Shown here: positions 1 to 7,526 of the stretch, piece by piece
Position numbering within the stretch: position 1 is the stretch's first letter
How the letters are laid out: every line of letters starts with the position of its first letter
Position numbers and translations under genes: made by a program
Assembly (NCBI GenBank): GCA_035510255.1
Contig: DATKHK010000030.1
Span: 3,345 to 27,344, forward strand
DNA: 24,000 nt
Source: Candidatus Saccharimonadales bacterium
GTDB taxonomy: Bacteria > Patescibacteriota > Saccharimonadia > UBA4664 > SCTI01
Direction of reading: 5' to 3'
The notes under the pieces: generated by a model
Databases searched by the model: none
What the model was told of the DNA's origin: nothing
Seen by the model: only the letters and a program-made list of their open reading frames with translations

Positions 1-1
1 T

Positions 2-472
2 ACCGATTTCGCCCTACAGCACGGGGCCGCTAAGGTTTACGCTGTGGATGTCGGCACCGCCCAACTGGCTTATAAACTGCGCCAAGATTCACGGGTTGCC
101 TCAATGGAGCGCACCGATATCCGCACCGCCGAGCTTCCGGAGCAGCCGGACATAGCGGTGATTGACGTCTCGTTTATCTCGCTTATCAAAATATTGCCCG
201 CGGTAGCCCGGCTACTTAAGCCGACCGCGCCAATTGTGGCCATGGCTAAGCCGCAGTTTGAAACCGATAAAGCTACCGCCGATCGCTACCGCGGAGTCAT
301 CCGCGACGAAAGCGTACGCCAGCGGATACTCCAATTATTTCACGCAAATATTAAAAAATCCTTTACTATCGTGGCCGCCGCCGATTCGGCGGTGACCGGT
401 GCCGAAGGCAACCGTGAGCGCTTCTATGTGCTGAAGCGGAACTCCACGACATCGTCGGGACGCATCACATAA
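2..472 (+). CDS. tlyA: TlyA-family rRNA 2'-O-methyltransferase (hemolysin A-like), 5'-truncated by the window edge
   Basis: The frame stays open from base 2 and reads TDFALQHGAAKVYAVDVGTAQLAYKLRQDSRV..MERTD.R... This matches the SAM-binding core typical of TlyA/FtsJ-like methyltransferases. Its 3' end overlaps the convergent ychF by 49 bp. Confidence 0.85.
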   Translation, partial: TDFALQHGAAKVYAVDVGTAQLAYKLRQDSRVASMERTDIRTAELPEQPDIAVIDVSFISLIKILPAVARLLKPTAPIVAMAKPQFETDKATADRYRGVIRDESVRQRILQLFHANIKKSFTIVAAADSAVTGAEGNRERFYVLKRNSTTSSGRIT

Positions 473-1491
473 TCCTTGCCCTCCAGTCGCGCCTTGCCGG
501 CGGCCCGGGCAGCGGGCAGCGAACCCGTGGCTACTAAGTCCTCGTAGCTCACCACCTCGGCGCGGATGAAGCCCTTTTGAAAATCGGTATGAATTACCCC
601 GGCGGCTTCGGGGGCTGTCGCGCCGGCCGGAATCGTCCAGGCTCGAACCTCCTTAGGCCCGGCGGTTAGGTATGATTGCAGCCCCAGCGTGTGCTGGCCG
701 ACCCGCACCAGTGCGTCCAGACCCGACTCATTCTGGCCCAGTTCGCGCAGCAGCTCAGCGCTTTCGGCTGGCGCCAGCTCGCTAAGCTCGGCCTCAATTT
801 TGGCGCATAAGATGATGGCCTCGGCCGGCGCCACTAGTTTAGCCAGCCGCTGTTTCAATTCGGCATTTCCTAGATCACCCTCGTCAACATTGAAGACGTA
901 AATGAAAGGCTTAACGGTTAGTAGCTGTAAATCGCCAATCAGCTCACTGTCGAATTTGGCCGCAAACAGGGTCTGTCCGCCGTCCAAAATCTGCCGGGCC
1001 TGGCTCAACGCGCTTGCAGCGGCCCTTTGCGCCGCGTCCTTGCCAATTTTACTTAGGCGCCGGTCAATCGTTTGGATGTCGGCTAGCATCAGCTCGGTGT
1101 TGATTGTCGCGATATCGTCCTCCGGATTCACCGCGCCATCAACATGCGTTACATTGGGGTCGCTAAACACCCGCACTACCTGGCAGATCGCATCACATTC
1201 GCGGATGTTGCTCAAAAACTGATTGCCAAGACCTTGGCCCTCGCTGGCACCGTGCACCAGTCCGGCAATGTCTACAAAGGTCACAGCGGCCGGTATTGTT
1301 TTAGGTGCTTTAGTGCCGTCGGCGTACAGCGCTGCCAGCTTATCCAGCCGCGCGTCGGGTACCGCCACAATACCGACGTTCGGCTCGATCGTAGCAAACG
1401 GATAGTTAGCCGCCAGCACATTTTTGCGCGTCAGCGCGTTAAACAGTGTCGATTTGCCGACGTTCGGCAGGCCAGCGATTGCGATTTTCAT
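424..1491 (-). CDS. ychF: Ribosome-binding ATPase YchF (Obg-family GTPase/ATPase)
   Basis: The N-terminus MKIAIAGLPNVGKSTLFNALT contains the G1 P-loop, followed by NYPFATIEPNVG and FVDIAGLV. The C-terminal TGS-like part reads VRAWTIPAGATAPEAAGVIHTDFQKGFIRAEV. The 355-aa length is typical. An SD-like AAGGGTGA sits before the ATG on the minus strand. Confidence 0.95.
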   Translation of the reverse strand: MKIAIAGLPNVGKSTLFNALTRKNVLAANYPFATIEPNVGIVAVPDARLDKLAALYADGTKAPKTIPAAVTFVDIAGLVHGASEGQGLGNQFLSNIRECDAICQVVRVFSDPNVTHVDGAVNPEDDIATINTELMLADIQTIDRRLSKIGKDAAQRAAASALSQARQILDGGQTLFAAKFDSELIGDLQLLTVKPFIYVFNVDEGDLGNAELKQRLAKLVAPAEAIILCAKIEAELSELAPAESAELLRELGQNESGLDALVRVGQHTLGLQSYLTAGPKEVRAWTIPAGATAPEAAGVIHTDFQKGFIRAEVVSYEDLVATGSLPAARAAGKARLEGKDYVMRPDDVVEFRFST

Positions 1492-1726
1492 TTTTTCACC
1501 CTTGTTTTAGTCGTCTTGCCTGCAATAGACATACAGGTACTCTTACAATACTACCGTACAAATTTACCCCCATCTTTATACTAGCTTTTCGCTCTTTTGA
1601 GCTCATCAGCATGAGCGCACACTCATGTAAGCTAGTAGCGAGATGCCCGCTTGCTGACCACACTTTGGTTGTGTGGCCAGCAGCAGAGCGTCCCACTACT
1701 CTTTCCTAGGAAGTTCCAAATCGCCT

Positions 1727-2761
1727 CTATGACTGCACTTTGCACAGCGTTTCGGAGCTCCCTGCGTAGGCCGCCCCAGGATTACCCCCAGTCATCGAGA
1801 TTGGTATTGTGCCGGCGGCGGAAATGCTTTCTTCGTCCGTGCCGTTACTTCCCTGTGGTTCACAGGTAATTACACGCGATCCGTACAGTGAAGCCGATGT
1901 AGCGCCACCTTCAATCTTAACAAGCGGCGGCTCCAAGACAGACTGCTGACCGATCTGTTGGGGTGAAGGATGTGGATCGTTCGGGCTAATCATTCTAGGA
2001 AGAATGACCCACGTTGTAGCATCACTTGACTGACCGGGCTGTAGGTTGCCAAATTCCACGGCAGGGTTGTCGACATCAGCTTTACAGGTTAGGGCACCAT
2101 CATGTTCAACAAGGTAGTCATTCACACCCGTCCGTGATGGCTCGAATTCAAGGCTTGCAGTCGTCTGCAGGCTGGATTCAAGGGTGGCAACCAGGTCCAG
2201 CTGCACCACAAGCTCCCTGCCGCTTACTTCTGTACATTCCCCGAGGGCTGCCTGGTCAACATCAGATTCGGCAGGCTGTAGGACTTTGCCAAACCGGCCT
2301 TCAATCCTCACTTTATCGCCCTGTTGAGTGCTTGCCTTAATCACGAATGCCGGCGAGCTATGAGGATCCGGGGCCCCGGTCGCTATGTTTGTGGTAGTTG
2401 GGGTCGTTGTCGTCTGGGTTGTGGTTGTTTCGGGCTGGGAAGATGGTTCGGAGCCAGAAAGTATCGGCACATACCCCAGCTTTTGCCTCGGTTCATCTCG
2501 ACAGATAGCTTCGGTCTCTAGTAGAGCATTTGTAGCAGCTTGCGCTGAGTCCTGGCCATGCTCGTAGAGTTGGGCAATGATATTGGCGCGAGCTGCCTCT
2601 TCGGCTTGCATGAACTGGGCGCAAGTAGAGGAGGCTGACAGAGCGCTACCACTGCCACTGCCACAGCCAGCGAACAAAATGGCCGCTATGATTGTGGCGA
2701 ATCCAACAAATCCCTTGCTGGGTGATGAATGGCCTGACATGTTACAGCTCCCTTCTTGCAA
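1727..2761 (-). CDS. Hypothetical secreted lipoprotein with a Thr-rich linker
   Basis: The N-terminus has a signal peptide ending in the lipobox-like ILFAGC followed by GSGSGS. A PETTTTQTTTTPTTT linker follows. The true start may be the internal Met at 2740 (MSGHSSPSKGF...). I recognise no family. Confidence 0.7.
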   Translation of the reverse strand: MQEGSCNMSGHSSPSKGFVGFATIIAAILFAGCGSGSGSALSASSTCAQFMQAEEAARANIIAQLYEHGQDSAQAATNALLETEAICRDEPRQKLGYVPILSGSEPSSQPETTTTQTTTTPTTTNIATGAPDPHSSPAFVIKASTQQGDKVRIEGRFGKVLQPAESDVDQAALGECTEVSGRELVVQLDLVATLESSLQTTASLEFEPSRTGVNDYLVEHDGALTCKADVDNPAVEFGNLQPGQSSDATTWVILPRMISPNDPHPSPQQIGQQSVLEPPLVKIEGGATSASLYGSRVITCEPQGSNGTDEESISAAGTIPISMTGGNPGAAYAGSSETLCKVQS

Positions 2762-2898
2762 ACCTTAGCTTGCTTTGGAGTGGATATGGAACAGTTTAGG
2801 AAAGAACGTGCAATGCACTTGTTGTATTATACCATTTTAACTATTATTTGTAAACCCGACCTGCCTGACCTAGTCGATAGATTGAACCGAAGCCCTTA

Positions 2899-2907
2899 TG
2901 ATATACT
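2899..2907 (+). promoter_or_regulatory. Extended -10 element TGATATACT upstream of the NUDIX gene
   Basis: This is a TGnTATACT match in an AT-rich divergent intergenic region. The same nonamer recurs upstream of pilD. Confidence 0.45.
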
Positions 2908-2944
2908 GTGCCGTTAGCAGGGTTGGTTTGCCACTTCATATCGA

Positions 2945-3436
2945 ATGTGGAGGGATGTGATGTTCCTACTGGGGATTGGCAGTCGCTTGTTGTACCTTGG
3001 GGTGAGTACGGTAGGGCGCGTAATCCCTACCAATAAACTCGTTGAAGGTTCCATCTGTGTGTTGAAATGTGAAGGGTATGTGCTCTTTGTACGGCATACC
3101 TATCGCGACCCCGATCACTGGGAGTTCGCCGGGGGTCGCCGCAAGAAGGGCGAAACACCGCTCGAAACCATTATTCGGGAGATATGGGAGGAGCTTAAGG
3201 TAAAGCTGGATGCCGGGTCGGTGATCGATCACGGCGAACTGCTGCTTCCAGGTCGTCGCCTATTTTTGTTTGAGGCGACGGTACCAAACCGGAAAGTCAC
3301 CCGGGAATCGCGCGAGATAGCGCACACAAAATGGTTTCCTGAACGGCGTCCGCCAGCAAGAATTGGTCCGGGTGCCCGCGAGGCCTTGCGTCGCGCGCGC
3401 CCTGCGCGTTCGAGGAAACGACCTAAAAAAACCTAA
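2945..3436 (+). CDS. NUDIX hydrolase
   Basis: The Nudix box GGRRKKGETPLETIIREIWEELKV fits GX5EX7REUXEEXGU. The likely true start is ATG 2960, five nt after GGAGGG at 2949-2954. The C-terminal tail is basic. Confidence 0.85.
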   Translation: MWRDVMFLLGIGSRLLYLGVSTVGRVIPTNKLVEGSICVLKCEGYVLFVRHTYRDPDHWEFAGGRRKKGETPLETIIREIWEELKVKLDAGSVIDHGELLLPGRRLFLFEATVPNRKVTRESREIAHTKWFPERRPPARIGPGAREALRRARPARSRKRPKKT

Positions 3437-3437
3437 T

Positions 3438-3482
3438 ATGCCCTTCGGCTCAGGTACCGTTATAGTCCTGGCCGAGGGGCAT
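3438..3482 (+). terminator. Long imperfect hairpin immediately after the NUDIX stop codon
   Basis: ATGCCCTTCGGCTCAGG (3438-3454) pairs with CCTGGCCGAGGGGCAT (3467-3482), giving about 16 bp with one bulge and one G-U pair. Only a weak T-rich tail follows. Confidence 0.45.
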
Positions 3483-3576
3483 TGTCCTTAAGGTGGCTTA
3501 CATACGCCCTCATACCTAAATTAAAATCTCTACGGTATACTGGTACTACATTAGTTGCTAATTAGCGAGGAACACA

Positions 3577-4455
3577 GTGGCCAATAAATCTCTGGAGGCC
3601 GAGGCGACGGCTCGGAAACGCGGTCAAATGCAAGCAGCCGGCTGGACGGTCGGCGTGGTGGTGGTAATTATCGTATTTATTCTGCTGGCTAAACTGGTCT
3701 CTAATGGCAGCTCCGGCGGCGGCACGGCTAGCAGCTCCGGGACTTCACCGGCGCCGGCTTCGTTGGTGGCCAAGGTCACCTCGCTAGAGGCAAGTGTGTT
3801 CGCGGCGGTTGGGCAGGGGAGCGCTACCTCGCTGCCCAAGCCGATTTCCGCACCGGCCCTGACCCAAAACGGCAAACCGCAAATTGTCTACCTTGGGGCC
3901 GAGTACTGCCCATATTGTGCCACCGAGCGCTGGCCAATGGTCATTGCGCTTTCACGCTTCGGTAGCTTCTCGAATCTTCAAACCACCCATTCCTCTTCCT
4001 CCGATGTCTACCCCAGCACCCAAACCTTCTCTTTCCATGGCGCTAGCTATAGCAGCCCATACATTGCCTTTACCGGTGTTGAGACCTACAGCAATGTACC
4101 GCAAGGTTCCGGCTACGCGCCGCTGGATACACCAACCTCGGCCGAGCAAAGCTTGCTCAATACCTACGATGCCCCGCCGTATGTTTCTTCCAGCTCCTCC
4201 GGTGCGATCCCGTTTGTCGATTTTGGCGGCAAGTACTTGATTTCCGGCGCTTCCTATAGCCCGCAGGTCTTGCAAGGTAAATCGGCTGATCAAATTGCCA
4301 GCGCGCTCAGCGATCCCTCGACCGATATCAGCAAAGGCGCTGTTGGTACCGCCAATGCCATTACGGCTGCCATCTGTAAAATGACCAACGACCAGCCCGG
4401 CAAGGTCTGCGGCACGTCGGTAATCCAAGGGCTTGAGCAAAAGCTTGGCGGGTAG
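3577..4455 (+). CDS. DUF929-type membrane-anchored thioredoxin-like protein with a CPYC active site
   Basis: GTG start preceded by GCGAGGAA. The N-terminal TM helix is [20 protein letters not shown], followed by a Ser/Gly linker. The block [33 protein letters not shown] is characteristic of DUF929. Confidence 0.8.
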   Translation: MANKSLEAEATARKRGQMQAAGWTVGVVVVIIVFILLAKLVSNGSSGGGTASSSGTSPAPASLVAKVTSLEASVFAAVGQGSATSLPKPISAPALTQNGKPQIVYLGAEYCPYCATERWPMVIALSRFGSFSNLQTTHSSSSDVYPSTQTFSFHGASYSSPYIAFTGVETYSNVPQGSGYAPLDTPTSAEQSLLNTYDAPPYVSSSSSGAIPFVDFGGKYLISGASYSPQVLQGKSADQIASALSDPSTDISKGAVGTANAITAAICKMTNDQPGKVCGTSVIQGLEQKLGG

Positions 4456-4900
4456 GGAGGTGCCATTGCCGCGTTGGCTGGTGCCGGCGGCACTGGTGAT
4501 TATCGCGCTGGGTATTGGCGACACGGTCTATCTCACGATTGCCCATTACACTACTCCGGTTCTTCTCAGCTGCCCGGATACGGGGATCATTAACTGCGCC
4601 AAGGTTACGACGAGTAGTTACTCAAAAATTCTCGGCATCCCAGTGGCACTACTTGGTTTGATTTTTTTCCTGGGCAACCTGCCATTGCACCTGCCAGCCG
4701 CCTGGCGCTCGCCGAGTGTTTTAGTCCGCCGTCTGCGGCTGGCTGCCAGCGCCAGTGGTATCCTCATGGTGTTTTGGCTGTTGTATGTTGAGCTATTTCG
4801 TCTAAATGCCATCTGCTTATACTGCAGTACCGCCCACGTGCTGACGCTGCTCTTATTTATTGTGACGGTGTTTGGCACGGTTCTTACCAGCCAAGGTTAA
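4433..4900 (+). CDS. Vitamin K epoxide reductase (VKOR) family membrane oxidoreductase
   Basis: The protein has multiple TM helices. The loop Cys pair is [14 protein letters not shown] and the active-site Cxx[10 protein letters not shown], lies in the last helix region. The start is uncertain: TTG 4433, or GTG 4460 / TTG 4466 just after GGGAGG (4454-4459). The gene abuts or overlaps the DUF929 stop codon. Confidence 0.85.
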   Translation: MSKSLAGREVPLPRWLVPAALVIIALGIGDTVYLTIAHYTTPVLLSCPDTGIINCAKVTTSSYSKILGIPVALLGLIFFLGNLPLHLPAAWRSPSVLVRRLRLAASASGILMVFWLLYVELFRLNAICLYCSTAHVLTLLLFIVTVFGTVLTSQG

Positions 4901-4949
4901 TGCCGATAAAAAGCTGGCTTGCAAATTTTCGAGACTGAAACGCTATTGC

Positions 4950-4978
4950 TTGAAATTTTGGAATAACACTTCTACTAT
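4950..4978 (+). promoter_or_regulatory. Sigma70-like promoter of the RiPP operon
   Basis: TTGAAA (4950-4955), a 17-nt spacer, then TACTAT (4973-4978). SD AAGGAG lies at 5011-5016, six nt before ATG 5023. Confidence 0.55.
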
Positions 4979-5022
4979 TGCGTCAGTTCGTTGACAAAAC
5001 AGATACATGAAAGGAGAAGGTC

Positions 5023-7203
5023 ATGGACCTTACAGATTTTCCGCTTGTCGTGATGTATGGCTTTCGCGCGTCTGCGGAGCGCTATACCTTTTTGGGACGC
5101 CAAGGCCATATCGATATACATGAGCATAGCGACGCCCTTGAAAAAATTCTACGTCTCTGTAGTGGATTGGCTACACTTGCGCAAGTCTGCCAAGCCAGCG
5201 AAGTTGAACAGGGTCTCTGCCTGCAGCTCATTGATGTCTTGGAGCAGAACGGTATCGTGATTGATAGCCGAAAGCTTTACCAGGTGTTTCATCAGGATTC
5301 TGCTAATCCAATGCAGTTTGGATCCGGTATTACGACTACAGGCCTGGAAAGTCTAATGAATCGGGCTGAGCAACGGGGCGTTGTTTCGATAGATGGCCGG
5401 GAGCAGGTCGACCTGCCGATCTGCTCAAATCTATTGGCTGGCGTCGATCAGCGCATCACAACCCGTGCGTTCGCAGGCCCCCTTCCGAGCCTACAAGCGA
5501 TTTCTAACGTGTTGGCTAGTGCCTACGGAATTGGAAAAGCTCATTGCGTGCCGTCGGCAGGAGGGTTATACCCGTTTAGTCTCTATTTTGTTGTCCAAGC
5601 AGTAAATCAGGTTCTGTCTCAAGGTGTTTACTGTTACAACCACCGATCACATTCACTTAGCTATTGCGGTATGCGAGATCGGTATCAAGTACAGGTTGCA
5701 CTAGATTCACTAGATATGTCTAACGGAGCGCCAATGGTAGTTTGCCTAGTTGCTTCAATGGACATAGTCGCAACTAAGTATGCCAATCGTGGATACCGCT
5801 ACGCCCTGATTGAGGCCGGACATATTGCGCAAAACATTCAACTGTTTTGCAGTTCGGAAGATTTTGGGGTTATGGAGTACGGTGGATTCGATGATAATCG
5901 GCTAAAGAAACTACTGGGGCTGGCTGGGGTTAATCAAATGCCTCTGTTGGCTCTCGGCGTTGGTAGGGTAGCGCAAGGCGAGGAGTCGCTTGATGCCGTG
6001 AAGCAAGCCGAGTATCAAGGGCTGACCGATGTTCTGGCTGGCAAGAGCAGCTTGCTGTATGGGCTAGCGCCTATTAAGGTGAAGTCAGACGATGACCTCT
6101 CCTTTTATGGGATGGTAGCTGAGTCGGCGTCGCCAGCCAGCTCGAAGAAGCCGCAATACGCGTTTGGCAGTGGGTACACTCGTCTTGATGCCGCAATTCG
6201 GGCTATGGGCGAGTGTTTTGAGCGCCATATTGGCTCCCAATTTCAGCAAGCTAGTAGCACGAAATGCAAAGCCTCCGACCTAGATGCGCCATATCTGTCT
6301 CCCAAAGATCTCACTCCATATACACCACAGCAAATCAAGAGACTGGGGGACATCTCGGCTTTTGATCCAGGGGCAGAGATGGTGTGGCTGCCGGGCTGTC
6401 AGTATCCTACAAAGACCAAGGTCTACATAGCAGCCGAGAATGTCTACTATCCAATCAGGGAGAGGGATCTAGGCCGCAAACCTTGTCACTTTGGCGACTC
6501 ATCTGGGTTGGCCTGCCACCCTGAGGCCTCGGCTGCTGTTATCGGTGGGTTGCTGGAGCTCATTGAGCGCGATGCGTTGATGGTTCATTGGTATGGCAAG
6601 AAAGTACCGCCAAAAATCCCAAACAAGGATCTGACTCATCATATTCGTTCACGTCTTGATTACTGGAAAGCTAAGGGGAAGACGGTCGAGGTGCTCGACC
6701 TGACTCTCGACAGTGTTCCAGTGGCATTGGTAGTGATTTACGGTGTTGGTTATCCTTATTTTACTGCCGGAGCAGCTGCCGAATTCAGCATGGAAGCGGC
6801 TATAGATAAGGGATTTCGTGAGGCTGAGCTCATGCTGGCTAGTTGGAGTACCGAGGCACCAACTTCCATCTCTCCAAAAGATATCTCAAGCCCAGAAGAT
6901 CATGGAGCCTATTATTTTGAGGAGGTAAATTTCTCAAAGCTTGAATGGTTGATGACCGGAGAGTATGGAGCCAGCGGGGCCAGCCAATGTAGTGCAGAGG
7001 ATCTGTTCTTGCGGTTTCAACCTGTAGTGGTAGAATTGCCTCATCAGTATCCAGTCCAACTAAAGGTGGTACGTGTTCTTTCTCAATTCCTTCTGCCTAT
7101 AAACTTCGGGTACGCCCGTGAGCTGGTAGCGCATCTGCGTTTTCAGCAACTCGGAATATCCTGGACACAGCCATACCCTGCAGTACCTCATTTTTTTTCC
7201 TGA
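5023..7203 (+). CDS. Tri-domain RiPP maturase: PqqD-like RRE, SagB-type FMN dehydrogenase and YcaO cyclodehydratase
   Basis: Residues ~10-80 (YTFLGRQGHIDIHEHSDALEKILRLCSGLATLAQVC..QLIDVLEQNGIVI) resemble a PqqD/RRE winged helix. Residues ~85-320 carry SagB/ThcOx motifs: LYQVFHQDS, TTRAF, VPSAGGLYPFSLYFVV, GVYCYNHRSHSL and NRGYRYALIEAGHIAQNIQL..GGFDD. Residues ~380-726 carry YcaO motifs: GSGYTRLDAAIRAMGECFERH and SSGLACHPEASAAVIGGLLELIERDAL. The C-terminus ends in the Pro-rich QPYPAVPHFFS. Confidence 0.9.
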   Translation: MDLTDFPLVVMYGFRASAERYTFLGRQGHIDIHEHSDALEKILRLCSGLATLAQVCQASEVEQGLCLQLIDVLEQNGIVIDSRKLYQVFHQDSANPMQFGSGITTTGLESLMNRAEQRGVVSIDGREQVDLPICSNLLAGVDQRITTRAFAGPLPSLQAISNVLASAYGIGKAHCVPSAGGLYPFSLYFVVQAVNQVLSQGVYCYNHRSHSLSYCGMRDRYQVQVALDSLDMSNGAPMVVCLVASMDIVATKYANRGYRYALIEAGHIAQNIQLFCSSEDFGVMEYGGFDDNRLKKLLGLAGVNQMPLLALGVGRVAQGEESLDAVKQAEYQGLTDVLAGKSSLLYGLAPIKVKSDDDLSFYGMVAESASPASSKKPQYAFGSGYTRLDAAIRAMGECFERHIGSQFQQASSTKCKASDLDAPYLSPKDLTPYTPQQIKRLGDISAFDPGAEMVWLPGCQYPTKTKVYIAAENVYYPIRERDLGRKPCHFGDSSGLACHPEASAAVIGGLLELIERDALMVHWYGKKVPPKIPNKDLTHHIRSRLDYWKAKGKTVEVLDLTLDSVPVALVVIYGVGYPYFTAGAAAEFSMEAAIDKGFREAELMLASWSTEAPTSISPKDISSPEDHGAYYFEEVNFSKLEWLMTGEYGASGASQCSAEDLFLRFQPVVVELPHQYPVQLKVVRVLSQFLLPINFGYARELVAHLRFQQLGISWTQPYPAVPHFFS

Positions 7204-7228
7204 CAACAAGAAAGGTAGTGCTAGTATC

Positions 7229-7408
7229 ATGCAGGCTCAAGACAGTATTAGGGTGAAGATTCGCCCATATGAGCACGCTCAACAGTCTGGCAGTGGCAGT
7301 AGCACAAGCGGCTGTGCTGGCAGCGGGAGCTGCGGCCATTCAGGTAACTCTCGAGGTGGGCCAACCACCCCTCTCGAGACAACCGATAGTGAGCATTCGG
7401 AGAGCTGA
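7229..7408 (+). CDS. Candidate azole-RiPP precursor peptide (59 aa), absent from the ORF track
   Basis: My translation is MQAQDSIRVKIRPYEHAQQSGSGSSTSGCAGSGSCGHSGNSRGGPTTPLETTDSEHSES*. The ORF starts 25 nt after the maturase stop on the same strand and sits upstream of the terminator. Residues 20-41 contain only S, G, T, C, A, H and N, with Cys29 and Cys35. The SD is weak (AAAGG, 13 nt upstream). Confidence 0.7.
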   Translation: MQAQDSIRVKIRPYEHAQQSGSGSSTSGCAGSGSCGHSGNSRGGPTTPLETTDSEHSES

Positions 7409-7492
7409 GGCAGTGGCATAAGCCGTCGCAGCAATGGGTGGTGCCAGGACTATAGATCCTATTAGGATTTGTGTTCTGGCACCATCTAATCC

Positions 7493-7526
7493 AAAAAGGT
7501 CTCGATATTCGAGGCCTTTCTTTTTT
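7493..7526. terminator. Bidirectional rho-independent terminator shared by the RiPP operon and the convergent metalloprotease gene
   Basis: AAAAA precedes the stem GGTCTCGA (7498-7505), loop TAT and stem TCGAGGCC (7509-7516). This gives 8 bp with one G-U pair. TTTCTTTTTT follows at 7517-7526. A/T tracts on both sides allow it to work in both orientations. Confidence 0.75.

Noticed and set aside
1653-1681. Hairpin GCTGACCACAC/GTGTGGCCAGC downstream of the minus-strand lipoprotein gene, considered as a terminator.
   Set aside because: The stem is decent (one G-U pair on the minus strand), but no U-tract follows in either orientation. It is not reported as a feature.
4991-4996. A consensus TTGACA hexamer 27 nt upstream of the maturase ATG, considered as the -35 box.
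   Set aside because: No acceptable -10 hexamer lies 16-18 nt downstream, because that position falls in the SD region (GAGAAG). The upstream TTGAAA-17 nt-TACTAT pair is a better fit.
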